64,000 nt of DNA. Origin: Selaginella moellendorffii (lineage: Eukaryota > Plantae > Lycopodiophyta). Below are positions 22,824 to 35,997 of this stretch, in pieces. The number at the start of each line of letters is the position of its first letter. Position 1 is the first letter of the stretch. Location of the stretch: the NCBI RefSeq assembly GCF_000143415.4, contig NW_003314262.1:5411876-5475875 (forward strand), written 5' to 3'. The notes under the pieces were generated by a model. That model was not told the DNA's origin. It searched no databases and worked only from the letters and a program-made list of their open reading frames with translations. Position numbers and translations under genes: made by a program.

Positions 22824-25105
22824 TCAGTGAGCGCTGGAGGCGCTGCGGTTATGTTGGCCTTGCTGCTTCATCGTCTGCTTCGCTGAAATCTCTGCCGAGA
22901 ATGGCACCCCCGGCTCCACCTTCTCGTGTGAGTTGGAGACCTGGCTCTTGGCTGTCTTGCAACCGAAGCGTCGAGAAACCAGCCCAAACGGCCCCTTTCC
23001 CCCCTTTCCCAGCTTCTCAATCTCCTGCCGCATCGTCGTGCATTCCTTCTCAAGCTCCACCACCCGGCTCCTCATTCTGTCCATGTCCACCTTGAGGACC
23101 TGGTTCTCGCGGATGACGCTGGCCCAGCCGTTTTGCAAGCTCGAGTGACCAACGCCGCCAGCGTTTTCCACCAGGTGCGAGGAGCGCAGGGGCCTCGACT
23201 GATCGACGTTGTCGGCAACAAGGAAGCAGCCGGCGATGGCGGTCCGCAACTGGAGCTGCTCGAAAAAGAGGACTTGCACCACCACCCGGAGTGGCAGCCG
23301 CTCGTTCTGTGCCGCATGAGTGCACGCCTCCAGGGAGAGCTTTTGGCAGTCCATAATTCGGCAGATGCGCTCTCGCTCGTGCTCCAAAAGCCATGGATGT
23401 GCCTGAAAAGTATTCCCAGCTAGTAAGTATATCGCTCTCCACTATTGGACTTTTATCATCATGAAGTTCACGAATTGCGAATCCAGCAAGCAACGTACCT
23501 TCAAATAAATATCGATCGCCCTGTACAGCCCATCGTCCATAAGTCTGGCGTACTCTGGTAGACATTCTGCGAGCGATTGGAACTTGGCCGGCTTCAAGTT
23601 GACATCCGGGGCAACCTCGGCGAGATAGTTATCCATCTGCTTGGCCACCATCATCATCGGACTCAGCTGCGGCGACCCGATCAACGGGCCATCTTCGAAG
23701 GACTGAATCGACGAAGAGGTTGCACGAGCTTGGTCCATCATAAGAAAATGGTCAAGTATCCGCTGTACCGTATCGATGTCATACAGCGTCTCCACTGTGT
23801 ACGAGTAATTGGGCATGAGGAGATCGTCGAGACTTGCCTGTTCCATCTGCTGGCCGATCCTCCTCTCGAGGCTGCTCTTGCAGTCCGCATTAGCCGAAAG
23901 AATCATCGCAATCCGGAGCAGGCCGAACAGGAACCTGGTCGAGACGACGCCTTTCTGGAGGGGCAGCAAGCTCTCAATCGTCTCCAAGAGCACCTTTTGC
24001 TCGTTCTCCGATGGAGCATTCGTCACCGGAACGATGGACAAGTTCCCACTTTCTCGCCCGTCCTGTCTCCGACTTAGTCCCGGGAGCTGTTTCTTTGCAT
24101 AGTACATGAGCGCTCCCGCGATCGCGTCCCCCCGGATCCCCTTGGCCTCCATTGCAGAGATCACCCTCTCGTAGAGCGGAAGACTGAGCAGCGAAACATC
24201 CTCATACCACCAATCCGACCTCGGGTTCTTCGGCTTTGCCCCTGTGCTTATCCCGTTCCAGAGAACACTCCCCCCGGGACTCTGCATTGAGCCGCTCTGC
24301 TCCATCACCGGCCACCCAAACAGCGCTGGATCGGTGCAAGCTTTGCTGGCGATGGAGTCGATGCATCGTTTGACGATCCCGAGTTCCTCGGCCTGCTGGA
24401 ACACGTCCTCGCAGCTCTGGAGCGCCCGGACCGAGTCCTTCCAGCTCTTGAGAACCACCTGGTTGAGGAAACTATCGATCTTGGCGATAAGGTTCCCTTC
24501 CACATACTCCTCGGTCATCTCCAGGTACTCGGCGGCGCACCTCAGCGCCACCGCATTGGCCGAAGTGAGCTCCACCTTGACGGCGTAGCAAAACTTGGCG
24601 GCGAGCTCGAAGGTCTCGGCGCCGCCGGGGACGCCAGGAAGAACGATTCGATTTCCATCGCCCGCGTCGTCATCTAGGAGCTCGGCGACTAGCCGCGTCA
24701 ATCTGCCGCTCCTGGACATGAGCGGGAACTGGGAAGAGAGGAAAGATTCGTGAGACTAGCACTAGAACTAGAATGAAATTGCGCGAACCTTGTGGAGGTG
24801 GAACGTCATCTCCTCCACCTCGATGACGATGTCGCTCGGAAGTCCCGTCGTGCAAAACCTGCCGTCCAACAAACGTTTGGATGAGACCGCTCACTTCCCT
24901 CAGCAAGAAAAATTTCCAGCGGCATCGCGCAGCCAATGGAGCGAGGGAAATCCGGAGAAAGAATGGAAGACGATCTAGATTGCGATCGATCGGAGAGGAG
25001 GTATTTCGTGCAATGCATGAAGAATCGAAGAGCTAGAGCGCCTTACCATGCCTGCCCCCTTCTCTGGAAGCCGTCCGCCTTGGATCCGAGCTTCATACAC
25101 GCCAT
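22824..25105 (-). CDS. BTB/POZ-NPH3 domain protein (NRL family)
   Basis: MACMKLGSKADGFQRRGQAW|FCTTGLPSD, FELAAKFCY, DWWYED, DGLYRAIDIYLK, HAAQNERLPLRVVVQVLFFEQ. Confidence 0.96.
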
Positions 25106-25919
25106 TCCGGATGGAAATCTGGCGGCCTTCTCACCCAGCGATCGGCATTCGAGATTCAGGCTCGCTCCTCCATCGCCGGCCGATCGACGAAGAAAGGATT
25201 CGCTTAAGCAAGAAATGAATTAACAAACCGAACGAGACTAGAAACCCTAAAGAAAACCGGGGTTTTTGCAGAGCTCGACTGGATTGGAGAAACGCTTTGG
25301 CGTCCATTAACTTTCTTCTTTCACGGAAATGTTTTACTGGCCCCCCGTGATGCTCGTACGGTCGGTACGTGTCCTGGCGTATCGCGCGTGCCACCTGGTT
25401 TAATCATGTCGGGGGAGGGTAAAAATCAAAACGCCCGCAGATGAAATGAAGGAATGTGGAAATCGAATAAAGTAAATTTTCGCGGGTGGGAATTTCCCGG
25501 GATTGGATATGGTGACCCGTCACCCATTGTCTGTGGGCGTCATGCATATTCGCCAAGCACAAGGAAACAAGATTCCATTGGGGCAAATTTTTTAGAGCCG
25601 CGATGTTTTGGCGGGCTTTAGGTTTTTAAAAAGATTTCTAGGCATTGGGTAGGACGCCACCTTCTACAAGTCAAAAGACACTCAACAAACATGCCTGATC
25701 GGTCGCCGATCCTTACAGTATCATGCTATGATTTGGTTCCACTTGTTTAGGGTCTCTTGTCCAGAAAATTGGAAATGGATGCTTCGATCACACAGCATGA
25801 GCTTTCGGTTGGTTGGATCTGGACTTCGCAACAATGGAAGTTTCAAAAGGAGGCTCTACTTTTTCTTACTGGTAGAAAAGTAGTAAGAGATTCCCTCCTC
25901 ATGATCCGGAAAGGAAATG

Positions 25920-27716
25920 CTAAAGCTTTGATGATTCTTCGGAATAATTAGCTAACAGGACGTAAGGCGCGCCATCTCCGGGTGCCAGCACTAGCATATT
26001 TTGAGCTGCCAAAGCAGCAATATAGTTTGTGTTCGTCGCTCTAGAACATCCTCCAAGCAAAGCACCCCAAGAGACTCTATCTGGCTCAAATGGCATATTC
26101 TTCACAAGATCGTCTGCTCTGGAGGCCTGGCCCGACCTTGCAAGGATATCGATTAGCGTACAATAATGTTCCCTCCATGGCTCCAAGCCATAGTCCGCCA
26201 CCATTTGGATAAAATAATGCAATGCCAGTGACACCATTCCAATGTGGCTACACGCCACCAAAACGCTCATAAACGATATGGGATTTGGATCTTGGCCGTT
26301 GATCTTCATGTCGTGGAATGCATCCAGCGATTCGTGGGCGTGGCCTGTGTGGGCGTACCCGGCAATCAGAGTCGTCCACGTCACCACATTCTTTTCAATG
26401 GTGGCGTCAAAGATTCCCCTGGCGCGGATTTGCCGGCCATTACGGGAATATGCCGCGATCAAGGCCGTGGACGAGATCACATCTCGCTGTGGCATGGAAT
26501 CGAATATGTCTTTTGCTTCGTCCGGGTATCCACCCACCGCATATCCCGTGATCATGGTATTACAAGAGATGGTAGACAACTTTGGTATGGAATCAAACAG
26601 CATCTTTGCCTGATCGGTATGGCCAGTCTGGGAGTATACCTGTATCATCGCATTCCAGCATGTTAGATCCCTCTCTGGAGCATCCTCGAATAATCTTTTC
26701 GCCTGCTCCACGTCGCCTTTCACCACATAAACCTGCATCATAGCATTCCACGAGACAAAATCTCTCACCGGCATCGTGTCAAACATCCTCTTTACTTCTA
26801 GAATATGCCCGGACTCGGCATAAGACGTTATCATAGCGTTCCAAGAAACCACATTGTGTGTGGGCATCTTATCAAAGATTCTCTTAGCGGCCTCAGTCTG
26901 TCCATTCTCCGCAAACACCGTTATCATGGTGTTCCAAGTAACGTCGTCTTTCGCCGGCGCCTCCTCAAATGCCTTCTTGGCCGCCAAAAGATGCCCGTTT
27001 TGGGCATATGCTTGGATCATGGCGTTCCAGGAGATTATATTCTTCTCGGGCATTGTGTCGAAAATCCACCTGGCGTCCTCCAGCTGGCCGTGCTGGGCAA
27101 ACGCTGCCAGCATGGCAGTCCACGTCACGACATTCCTGTACGGCATACGGCCAAACACACTCCTCGCTGACTCAATATGCCCAGCTTGGGCATATGCTTG
27201 TAAGATGCTCGTCCATGAAACCACGTTGGGATTTGGAGCTTGGTCGAAGATTCTCTTGGCGGAGTGTAAGTCCTCGTTGTAAATGCAGGCCTGGATCATA
27301 GCGTTCCATGCCGCTATGTCCTTTTCGGGCATGGAGTCGAATATACCTTGAGCCTTGGAGAGATCCCCGAGCTGGGCATAAGCCACGAAGAGCGTTGTCC
27401 AGGACGCTAGACTTCTCTTGGGCATCCGGTGGAAAATCTCCTCAGCCTCCGCAAGAGACCCATTCTGGACGTAAGCTAGCATGAGTGCGTTCCTCGAAGA
27501 AACACCCGGATCGTCTAAACGGTCGAAGAGACCGCGAGCGTCTTCGATGCTCCCGCAGCTTCCATAGAGTTTGATGAAGAGACTTAGCAGTGCCTCGTCG
27601 TGGCATTGGTCGCTGATGAGCTTTGCATGTAAGCGCTTGGCCTGGGAGAGGTCCTTGGATCTCAGGCATGAGTTCACCAGGTAAGTTACCTGAGAAGCAG
27701 GAACTTGAGAGAGCAT
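25920..27716 (-). CDS. PPR protein (PLS class, S/SS-motif array, E domain, no DYW)
   Basis: Intronless 598-aa ORF with NVVSWNAMI repeats, ACSHIG..HYCTLIDILARSG..MPFEPD..PYVLLAN. Confidence 0.93.
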   Translation of the reverse strand: MLSQVPASQVTYLVNSCLRSKDLSQAKRLHAKLISDQCHDEALLSLFIKLYGSCGSIEDARGLFDRLDDPGVSSRNALMLAYVQNGSLAEAEEIFHRMPKRSLASWTTLFVAYAQLGDLSKAQGIFDSMPEKDIAAWNAMIQACIYNEDLHSAKRIFDQAPNPNVVSWTSILQAYAQAGHIESARSVFGRMPYRNVVTWTAMLAAFAQHGQLEDARWIFDTMPEKNIISWNAMIQAYAQNGHLLAAKKAFEEAPAKDDVTWNTMITVFAENGQTEAAKRIFDKMPTHNVVSWNAMITSYAESGHILEVKRMFDTMPVRDFVSWNAMMQVYVVKGDVEQAKRLFEDAPERDLTCWNAMIQVYSQTGHTDQAKMLFDSIPKLSTISCNTMITGYAVGGYPDEAKDIFDSMPQRDVISSTALIAAYSRNGRQIRARGIFDATIEKNVVTWTTLIAGYAHTGHAHESLDAFHDMKINGQDPNPISFMSVLVACSHIGMVSLALHYFIQMVADYGLEPWREHYCTLIDILARSGQASRADDLVKNMPFEPDRVSWGALLGGCSRATNTNYIAALAAQNMLVLAPGDGAPYVLLANYSEESSKL

Positions 27717-27836
27717 ACCTCATGATCCAAATGATCTGTAAGCCACTTGAAAGAGTTACTGAGAATTGCCACAAAACCGAGAAGTTTACCTGATATGAAC
27801 TGAGCGAACTTGTGACGAAGCTGTTCCTCTAACTTT

Positions 27837-29583
27837 TCATGTGAATCGATCAACACTGTCACAGCTACAGCTCGTCTCCAAGATGTGGTCAGCAACGCTG
27901 CTTGCTCTCCGAGCTTGGATTCTCTCAAGAACATCGGCAGTCCAGGACGAGAGGTGAGACGAATTCAAGCCGACCGACCTGTCTTTGTAGAAGAGAAAGC
28001 ACTCGAGTGCCTGGGTCTTGGTATCGTAAGGGCAGTCCGGACCATCGGGGTCTCTCCAGACTCCTTCATGCTTGAGCCCAGTCCAGTCCGCTAGCCACGT
28101 ATAAATGTACTGCCCGACTCCCGCAAACTCTAGCCAGCCTTTTGGAAAGAGTTCCATGACACTTCCACCCCTCGGCATGAACATCATGTTTGTGAGCTGT
28201 GCGCCGTGAGCAGTCAGAAGAACGTCGCTCTTGCTCATCACTTCCACCTGAGTTCACAGAACCATAGACATCAACTTCCAGAGAGTGAAAAAACCAGAGC
28301 CAAGATACCTGTTCGCAAAAGCTCAAGTTGCCGATCGAAACGATGTCGAGTTTGCATCCCTTGACCATTGCACACTGCTCCGAGACAGCACTAACAACAC
28401 CAGATAAGTTGCTGAATTCTCTCGGCCCCGACCGCGCGACGAGAGTGATATCAATCCTTCCATCTTTGCCGCCGAGAACGAAGGACCTCGGAGGAACTTT
28501 GCAAAACTGGTAGACCTTGCAACGCACCATATCGAAGAGCCTGTTCATCCTCTCCTTGGACATCCCACCGAGGCCCCTGCGCTGGACAATGGCGTCCTCA
28601 AAGCACACCGGACCGCTTCCATACGAGCTCAAAGTGTCTGGCCTCAGCTTCACGCCCAGCGAAGCATGAAGAACGTTGGTGATCCAGTCGCCCATCTTGG
28701 TCACCATCTCTCCCCAGTGGTAAGCTACGATCCTGGCCGGGACTTTGCAGCCATTGTCGACTCGCCAAGCCGCAAAGTTGATGAGCGCGGACATGCTGTG
28801 CCAGGGATTCACGTAGTCCCAGTAGTTGTCAGCTACGAGTGTCAATCCTGGGAGATAAGTTGCGCCATCCGGTAAGAAGCCTTTCCACGCGAAGCCATAC
28901 TTGTTCATGGTTCCATTGTGAGTGTGGTTGCCTTGCAAGCACAGTAGCCTCCCTTGAGAAATAGTTGACGGGAAACGAAACTCTTCCGGCTTGCCCTGAT
29001 CATCCACAGAATTTCCGTGGAGAGAGCTCATGAACCAGATGGTGTCGCCATTGGAGAGACCCGGCTGTGACAAATCCTTGAGCTCCATCATCGTGAAACT
29101 GTGCCTGAGGTGTTCGCCCACCATTTGGAATTCGTGCCGGAGTTCTTCGAGCTCTTTCTTGGCTGTGGAGTATTTCTTCTCTTTCTCGTCCTCGAGCATT
29201 TTCTTGGCTCTAGCACACTCTTCCTGGATCTCTTTCGCGGTTTCTTTCTCGACTTTAGAAGTGGAAGATCCATCATCGCCTAGACCAGAGTTTAGCACGG
29301 AAGGAACATCGTCGCTGCCTAGAGAGACCGAAAGTACCTTTTGCAAACACTTCGCCATGGCGGCTTTGTCGCTGGAATTTCGAATGCATGCCATGGCCGC
29401 CCCTCTTGTGGACGAGCGCTCATCTGGATCTTCAGCGGCTTCCAATGCAGCACAAATTCCTCTCGTCTCGATCGTCACAAGCTGGAGAAGAATGAAAGCC
29501 AGCAATATGAGAAGCACGCAGACGAGAAACCTGTTCGCTTTCGTCGCGACTTTGATCTTTCCCAGAGGAGCACGCTCGTCCAT
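27837..29583 (-). CDS. Glycosyltransferase family 61 (DUF563), type II membrane protein, one intron
   Basis: N-terminal TM helix, NPWHSMSAL, PVCFEDAIV, LSFCEQ|V, HGAQLTNMMFM..VMELFPKGW. Confidence 0.9.
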
Positions 29584-30000
29584 TACCACAGCTCTTCAAA
29601 TCAATCCCTGGAGCTCAAAACCCTGGCGGCAGATCTAGCGAAAAACCTGTGACACCACGATTTCTTGATGCGACTGGCGTGATCGTGCAGCAATGCGATT
29701 AAAAAAGTGGAGCATTGCACCGCGAAGATCCACAAATATCTCTCGCGCTAGCTCTAGCGGCGACATTCTTGCCCATCGAAGAAAGAGATAAAAAATTCAC
29801 AGCCTAAAGGTACATAGAATGCCCTCGATGACACGGCATGGTTTAAGACACGTGTTATCCACGTAGTTTGACCTAAAAGGCGATACTAAACGTATATGCT
29901 CGATTAAAACCCACTAGGGGAGGTCAAGTGCCTTTTAAAAGAGGCAGCAGCCGCTGCTCAGGATCATCGACAGCGCCGCGAAGAACACATCTAGATCACG

Positions 30001-32372
30001 ATGCAGGCGCCACATCTCCTCCTCGAGGAGCCGATCCGCCTGGCCTCAATCCTGGAATCGTCCCCATCGGTAATGTGTTGCTCGATTCGATAGACCTAGC
30101 TCTCGCTAAAGCATCCATTGTGCTCCCAGGTGCCTTCATTCTCTGCGATGACGAAGATTATCGGGACTCTGGGGCCGAAATCGCGAAGCCCTGAGGTTTT
30201 GGAGGGACTGCTCAAGGCTGGAATGTCAGGTAGTGGAATTTCTTCTATGTTGTGAGTGCGTGATTGTAATCTTGCTCTGAGCAGTGGCGAGAATCGACTT
30301 TTCGTGGGGGGACGATGCCTACCACCAGGAAACACTGGAGAATCTTAAGAAGGCTATCAAGAACACGAAGAAGCTTTGTGGAGTATGTATTGGATGGTTT
30401 CTTCTTTTTCTTTCTTGGTTGCCTAATAGCTCTTGTATCTCTTTCTTTTATAGGTGATGCTCGATACAACTGGTCCAGAGTTACAAGTAGTGAACAGAGG
30501 CGAGAAAAGCATCGCCTTGGAGGCTGATTCGTTGGTAACATTGACCCCTGACGACATGGTCATTGAGGCTTCTTCTGGAATCCTACCCTTAAATTTTGCT
30601 GACCTTGCATCGGTAAGTGTCAGCTCGGCTCGAATGTATGCATTGCTAACAGGCCTTAACTCAGGCTGTGAAACCGGGGGACACAATCTTTTTGGGTCAA
30701 TACCTGTTCACTGGAAGTGAGACAACTTCCGTGTGGCTAGAGGTTTGCGACATTTCTGTTGTGCGTTTTCGTGTTTTGACATGAATTTACGTAGGTTGCG
30801 GAAACGAAAGGGGATGATGTGATCTGCACAGTTAAGAACAGTGCTACTCTAACTGGCAGCTTGTTCACCGCTCATGCCGCTCAAGTGCATATTGGAATGC
30901 CGACACTGAGTGAATCGGACAAGAAGGTAAGCGCTTGATGAGGTTGAGATTCACTGCTTGATGCTTTGGTGAATACAGATAATCTCCACATGGGGAGTGC
31001 GTAACAACATTGACTTTCTATCGCTTTCTTACACTCGACATGCTGAAGATGTGAGAAAGGTGAGTCTCCCGCTGAAATCTTGAAATTTTTTTAACTGGAG
31101 CGCTTTACAGGCCCGAGAGTTTCTTGCACAACTCGGAGATCTTCAGCAGACGCATGTTTTTGCAAAAATTGAAAACATCGAAGTACGTTTCGAAATCTAT
31201 CAATCAATGTTGTTGGTTAAATGTTTTCGTATTACAGGGGTTGAGACACTTCGATGAAATATTGAAGGAAGCCGACGGCATCATATTGTCACGTGGAAAT
31301 CTGGGGATTGATCTCCAGCCCGAAAAAGTAAGAGCATCGTCTCTTTAACTTGATGTGTGGCTAACGTCTCCGTGCTTTCCCAGGTCTTTCTTTTTCAAAA
31401 GGCAGCCTTGTACAAATGTAATATGGCTGGGAAGCCAGCAGTTGTAACTCGTGTCGTGGACACCATGACTGACACCCCAAGACCAACGCGTGCTGAAGCA
31501 ACTGACGTGGCTAATGCTGTTCTTGATGGTGCGTGTTTTTGTCACTTCTGCTCATTTGCATGTTTCAAATTGTCTTTGCAGGTACCGACGCTATTTTACT
31601 CGGGGCAGAGACACTACGCGGACTCTACCCGATAGAGACAATCTCTACAGTGCGCAAGATATGCGCTGAGGTATGTATCCGAGTTCTTTCTTCGTTATTT
31701 TTTCGTTGTTTCTGGAATGCTAAAAACCACTATTGCAGGCTGAGAAGGTCTACAACCATGCTAATTACTTTAAGAAAACCGTCAAGAAAGTTGGAGAACC
31801 AATGTCTCACCTCGAATCCATTGCGTCCTCGGCGGTGAGAGCTGCTGTTAAGGTCAAGGCGTCCGTTATTGTTGTGTTTAGCTCCTCTGGACGCGCTGCC
31901 AGGTACAGTCTCTTCATTGAGCTGGATTGCCAACAGTGTGTCTTTGCTTCCGAGCAGGCTTATAGCAAAGTACAGGCCACCAATGCCTGTGCTCGTGCTT
32001 GTTATTCCAAGGCTCACTACGAACCATTTGCGCTGGACGTTCATAGGAGCTTTCCAGGTACTCACGTTGGACCTCTTTCCTTCTTTGTTTATTTTAAGGA
32101 CTTGTTTAGGCAAGGCAATGCTTGGCTGTGAGAGGGCTATTTCCAATGCTTGCGGATCCTCGCCATCCGGTACGTTTGATACAGCGTCGATACGTTTTAC
32201 TGGACTGTTGTTCTTGCAGGCCGAGTCCAATAGCACTACAAATGAGTCGATTCTTAGAGTGGCCCTGGATCACGGCAAAGTGGCAGGAATCATCAAACCT
32301 CACGACAGAATCGTCGTGTGCCAGAAGCTTGGAGACTCGTCGGTCGTTAAGATTATTGAACTCGACGACTGA
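30001..32372 (+). CDS. Cytosolic pyruvate kinase, multi-exon
   Basis: [75 protein letters not shown]. Confidence 0.96.
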
Positions 32373-33859
32373 GAAAATGCTCGCTCATGAATTTTTGTAG
32401 CATAATAACGCAGATCATTCTGCATGATACCAACATTTGCGCTATAGTGAATAAAAGATTTGCTGGTTATGACTGCATTTCATTTTAAAAAGTCGTATCT
32501 TTGGTTTATGCTCGGATTGCTATGCCCATGCGTGTTGATGGAAGAAATTGTGAATCCTGCCAATATTTGGAAAATATCAAAGTAAAAAGATATGCTCAAG
32601 CTCTCTCGAGGATTTGTAAATGCTCTTGGACTGCTCAAGCCATATGCTGCAAATAATGGGAAACAATATGGCAACAAAACTAGAAGAATCACTTGAACTT
32701 CATAATCTAGTGACTAAAGGAAAAATGAAACTTTACTAAAAACCAGAACCTAGCTGGGAATTTGCTCATACAACCCATATCCAATCGAGCTTTCAGTATT
32801 TGTGTTATAGCCAGTGAAGATTGCTAGCTCAAAGAAATGACATCAAACTTCAGCCAGCTCCTTTTCTGCCTAGCATTTTAGTTGAAAATAATAACTTGTA
32901 TTTACAAAAATTAATAAATAGTATAATTATTAATAAACCATATTATTTTAAATTTATTTTTTTTAGTAGGATTCTTATCAAATTTTTTATTTTAAAAGTG
33001 ATAAAAAAATTAAAGATATACAAAATAAGAGATTAGAAAAGGAATAAGCAAGCCAAATGTTTCTATAATACAAATTATTAACACCCTTTAATCTTATCAG
33101 ACCAGAGAATATTTTTTGCAATGATATACAAGTTGCATAACTTAAGTTTGTTAGGAAAGATGGTTGAATTAGTGTGGATTTCAATCTTTATGAGAGATTT
33201 AATGGGCATTTGGTCTAGTGTTATGATTCTTTCTTCAGATGCAAGAGGTCTTGGCTTTAATTTGCAAGTCCTTTGTGTATGGAATCTTGCATGAATGCAA
33301 ATAGAAACACACTTGAGTCTCATGAACCCAATTTATAAATATTTTGAACATATTGTTACAAATCCCATCACAAAATTAGCATTTCATTGCTTACCATCCT
33401 GATTGTTAAGTGTTGGAGTGAGTTTCATATGGGAAATGCTTTTATCTTTGCACAGAAATCTTGATTCACTAATATACCTTTCGTTGATCACTCTTGAGCG
33501 AGCAAAGTTTGCAAGAAACTGCTTGTAAGTCAAAGTTATGATAAAATAAATTGATCTAGTGAACAAATCTTGAGGGTTAACTTCGTTCTAGGTATATCTG
33601 ATGATCTGTGTGAAGTTGTTTATTTCTAACAGATTAAAAAATGTTTTCAAATTTATCCATAGCTCTTTTTTATCAGCAAGAGAAAGTAGTGCTTGTTTTG
33701 CTTAATAGGATCCTTAATCAGTTTTAAAAATATGAGATTCTAAAAAAGTAAAGTGTATAATTGTGCTAAAATCCGCATAACAGCCACTTTTACACATTGA
33801 TAGTTATTACTTTAAATTTGAACTTTTGAAAAAACCTGTAAAGGGACTTAGAACATGCT

Positions 33860-34130
33860 AGAATATTCTAGGATATTCTACCATCTAATAGCTGTTATTC
33901 ATTTAGATTAATCTTGTGTTTATAATTTATAAATTTGCTTAAACACTTTCTAGTATATTATTTTTTATTCTACCATCTAATGGTTGATATGCAATAAGAT
34001 TAATCTAGTATTTATAAATTATAAACAAGTTTATAATTATAAAGTTTTATATGATCAATTAGATTCATAAGTAGAAATAACACTACTATTAAGCAAACCA
34101 AGCATTACTACATGCAACACATAGCAAATT
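33860..34130. repeat. AT-rich dispersed repeat with a second copy at about 56565-56740; internally duplicated
   Basis: CTAC.ATCTAA..TGTTATTCATTTAGATTAATCTTGT..TATTAAGCAAAC.AAG..CATGCAACA is shared by both loci. Confidence 0.7.
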
Positions 34131-35997
34131 ATTAAATATATAAATATATTAAAACAAAGGTAAATTTTATTAATGACTTTTGCTAAGCACCTCCTTATAA
34201 TTTTATTAAATTTCTCTTTTCTTTAATTATTAATCTATTTTCAATTTATTTTAAATGTATTAAGAAATTTTTTATTTTTTTACTTATAAAATAATTAAGA
34301 AGACTATAAAATAAAATAAAATATTCCAATGAAGTGTTATATTTTTTTTTCAGAAGTATATCCTTCTCAAATTGATGCAGGTGATTTTGATGTGTTATCT
34401 TTAGAATCAGTTCATTTCATTTTTTAATGTTATTAGTACTATGGTTGCTTTCATTCCTAATGGTCTGTTTCCAAGGGGTTAAAAGCAAGATACCAGCACA
34501 ATAGTAACAAATCAGGAAGGAAGAATAAGAATTATTACAATTAGTATTTAGGTTTGTAATATAGTTGAAAATTCTTTTGCAAAATGTGTTGTGAATGAAG
34601 TAGGTGGTACAAAGGAAGGATCAGTTGTAAGAAGTGAATTAGGTAAGCTTTTAGAAGAAACCTATGAAGATATGATAGATTTTTGTGCTTCATATATCAT
34701 TATGGTTGTTGAAAACTATGCTTTTCAATTTATGATTAGAAATTATTGTTCTCATGTACAATGTACAGAAAACAAATTACACTTGAAAAATAGAAGATGT
34801 AATATATATTCAACTATATTAATGATAGGAAGGCTGCTTTTGTTTCGGTGAAAAGGCATGCTTGCTGAGGTGTTTCGTCTTTGGTCTTTTTCTCAAATTT
34901 TGTTGATCAATTGGCTGCTTATCTGTGGCATCTACTTGAAGATGCACAGAGCCGCTGATCAAGATCGTCAGTAGGAAGCTCAGGTGCCCCTTATCGCTGC
35001 TTTTTTTTCAAACATGCACAGCCCTGAAGGGGTTTCTATCTTCGGTTGCTCATCTTCGGCAATTTTTCAGTGATGTGCAGAGCCGCCTCGGCCAAGGAAG
35101 ACATCGACGCATTTAGTGACGCATTTAGTGATACAGATGAATGGGAGTATCTCGAGGATGGAGACGACAAGCCATATGTATGCAAGCTCGAGAATGTCCT
35201 TGCTCACCCCTTGGATGGAGTTTGCGATGAGCAGTTTTTCGATAAGGCAGCTCTGAATCAGCATAGGATCAGAATTCACAACCGTGAAATCGTACATTTT
35301 TGGTATGGTTTTCTTTTCTAATATTGTTTTTTCCAGTTGACAATGCTAAAATCAGGAAATGGAAATGGGAGGAAGACTAAGCAAGAGTCCTCCTCCAAGA
35401 AGTACCAGGTGTAGAATTGTTTTTCCTCAAAAATCATTTGAATTTTTATGCAAATTTTTGTTATGCAAGATTTAGAAGATCAGGTGCAGAATGAAATGCT
35501 GCTGCGCAGACTGGAGAAACAGAAGCTCAAGCTTCTGAACATGAAGTATAGCCACATCAAGGACGAAGAGAGTCGGAAAATAAAAATCCTACAAGATATT
35601 AAAACGTGGAAAAAACACTATGCCGACTTGCTGCTGGTGAATGACAAAAAGAAGCAAGATAGACGATTACGTGCTGCTCAACGTGAGCAGGAACTGGTAA
35701 TTTTTTTGTTGTCTGAAACGTTTTTACTCTGTTTTTTTCTGCAGAGAAAGAGGAAACAGGAAATAAGGAAGATGAGAGAACAGAAGAAGAAAAAGACTAA
35801 GCATGAGCACAGCCACTGTCAGGATAAGGAGGAGAAGCATGCTCCTCAATGCGAGCAGGAAGTGGTAAGTTTCTTATTTTCTGTATCTTTTTTACTCTGT
35901 TTCTTTTGCAGAGAAAGAGGAAACGGGGAGTAAGGAAAGAGCGAGAACAGAAGAAGAAAAAGACTGAGCATTTAGCTCTCGTTATTGTGTAGCACGA

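Noticed and set aside
32460-33620. Possible LINE remnant (also 54400-56450)
   Set aside because: It looks like decayed TE DNA, but no convincing RT or endonuclease motif could be read.
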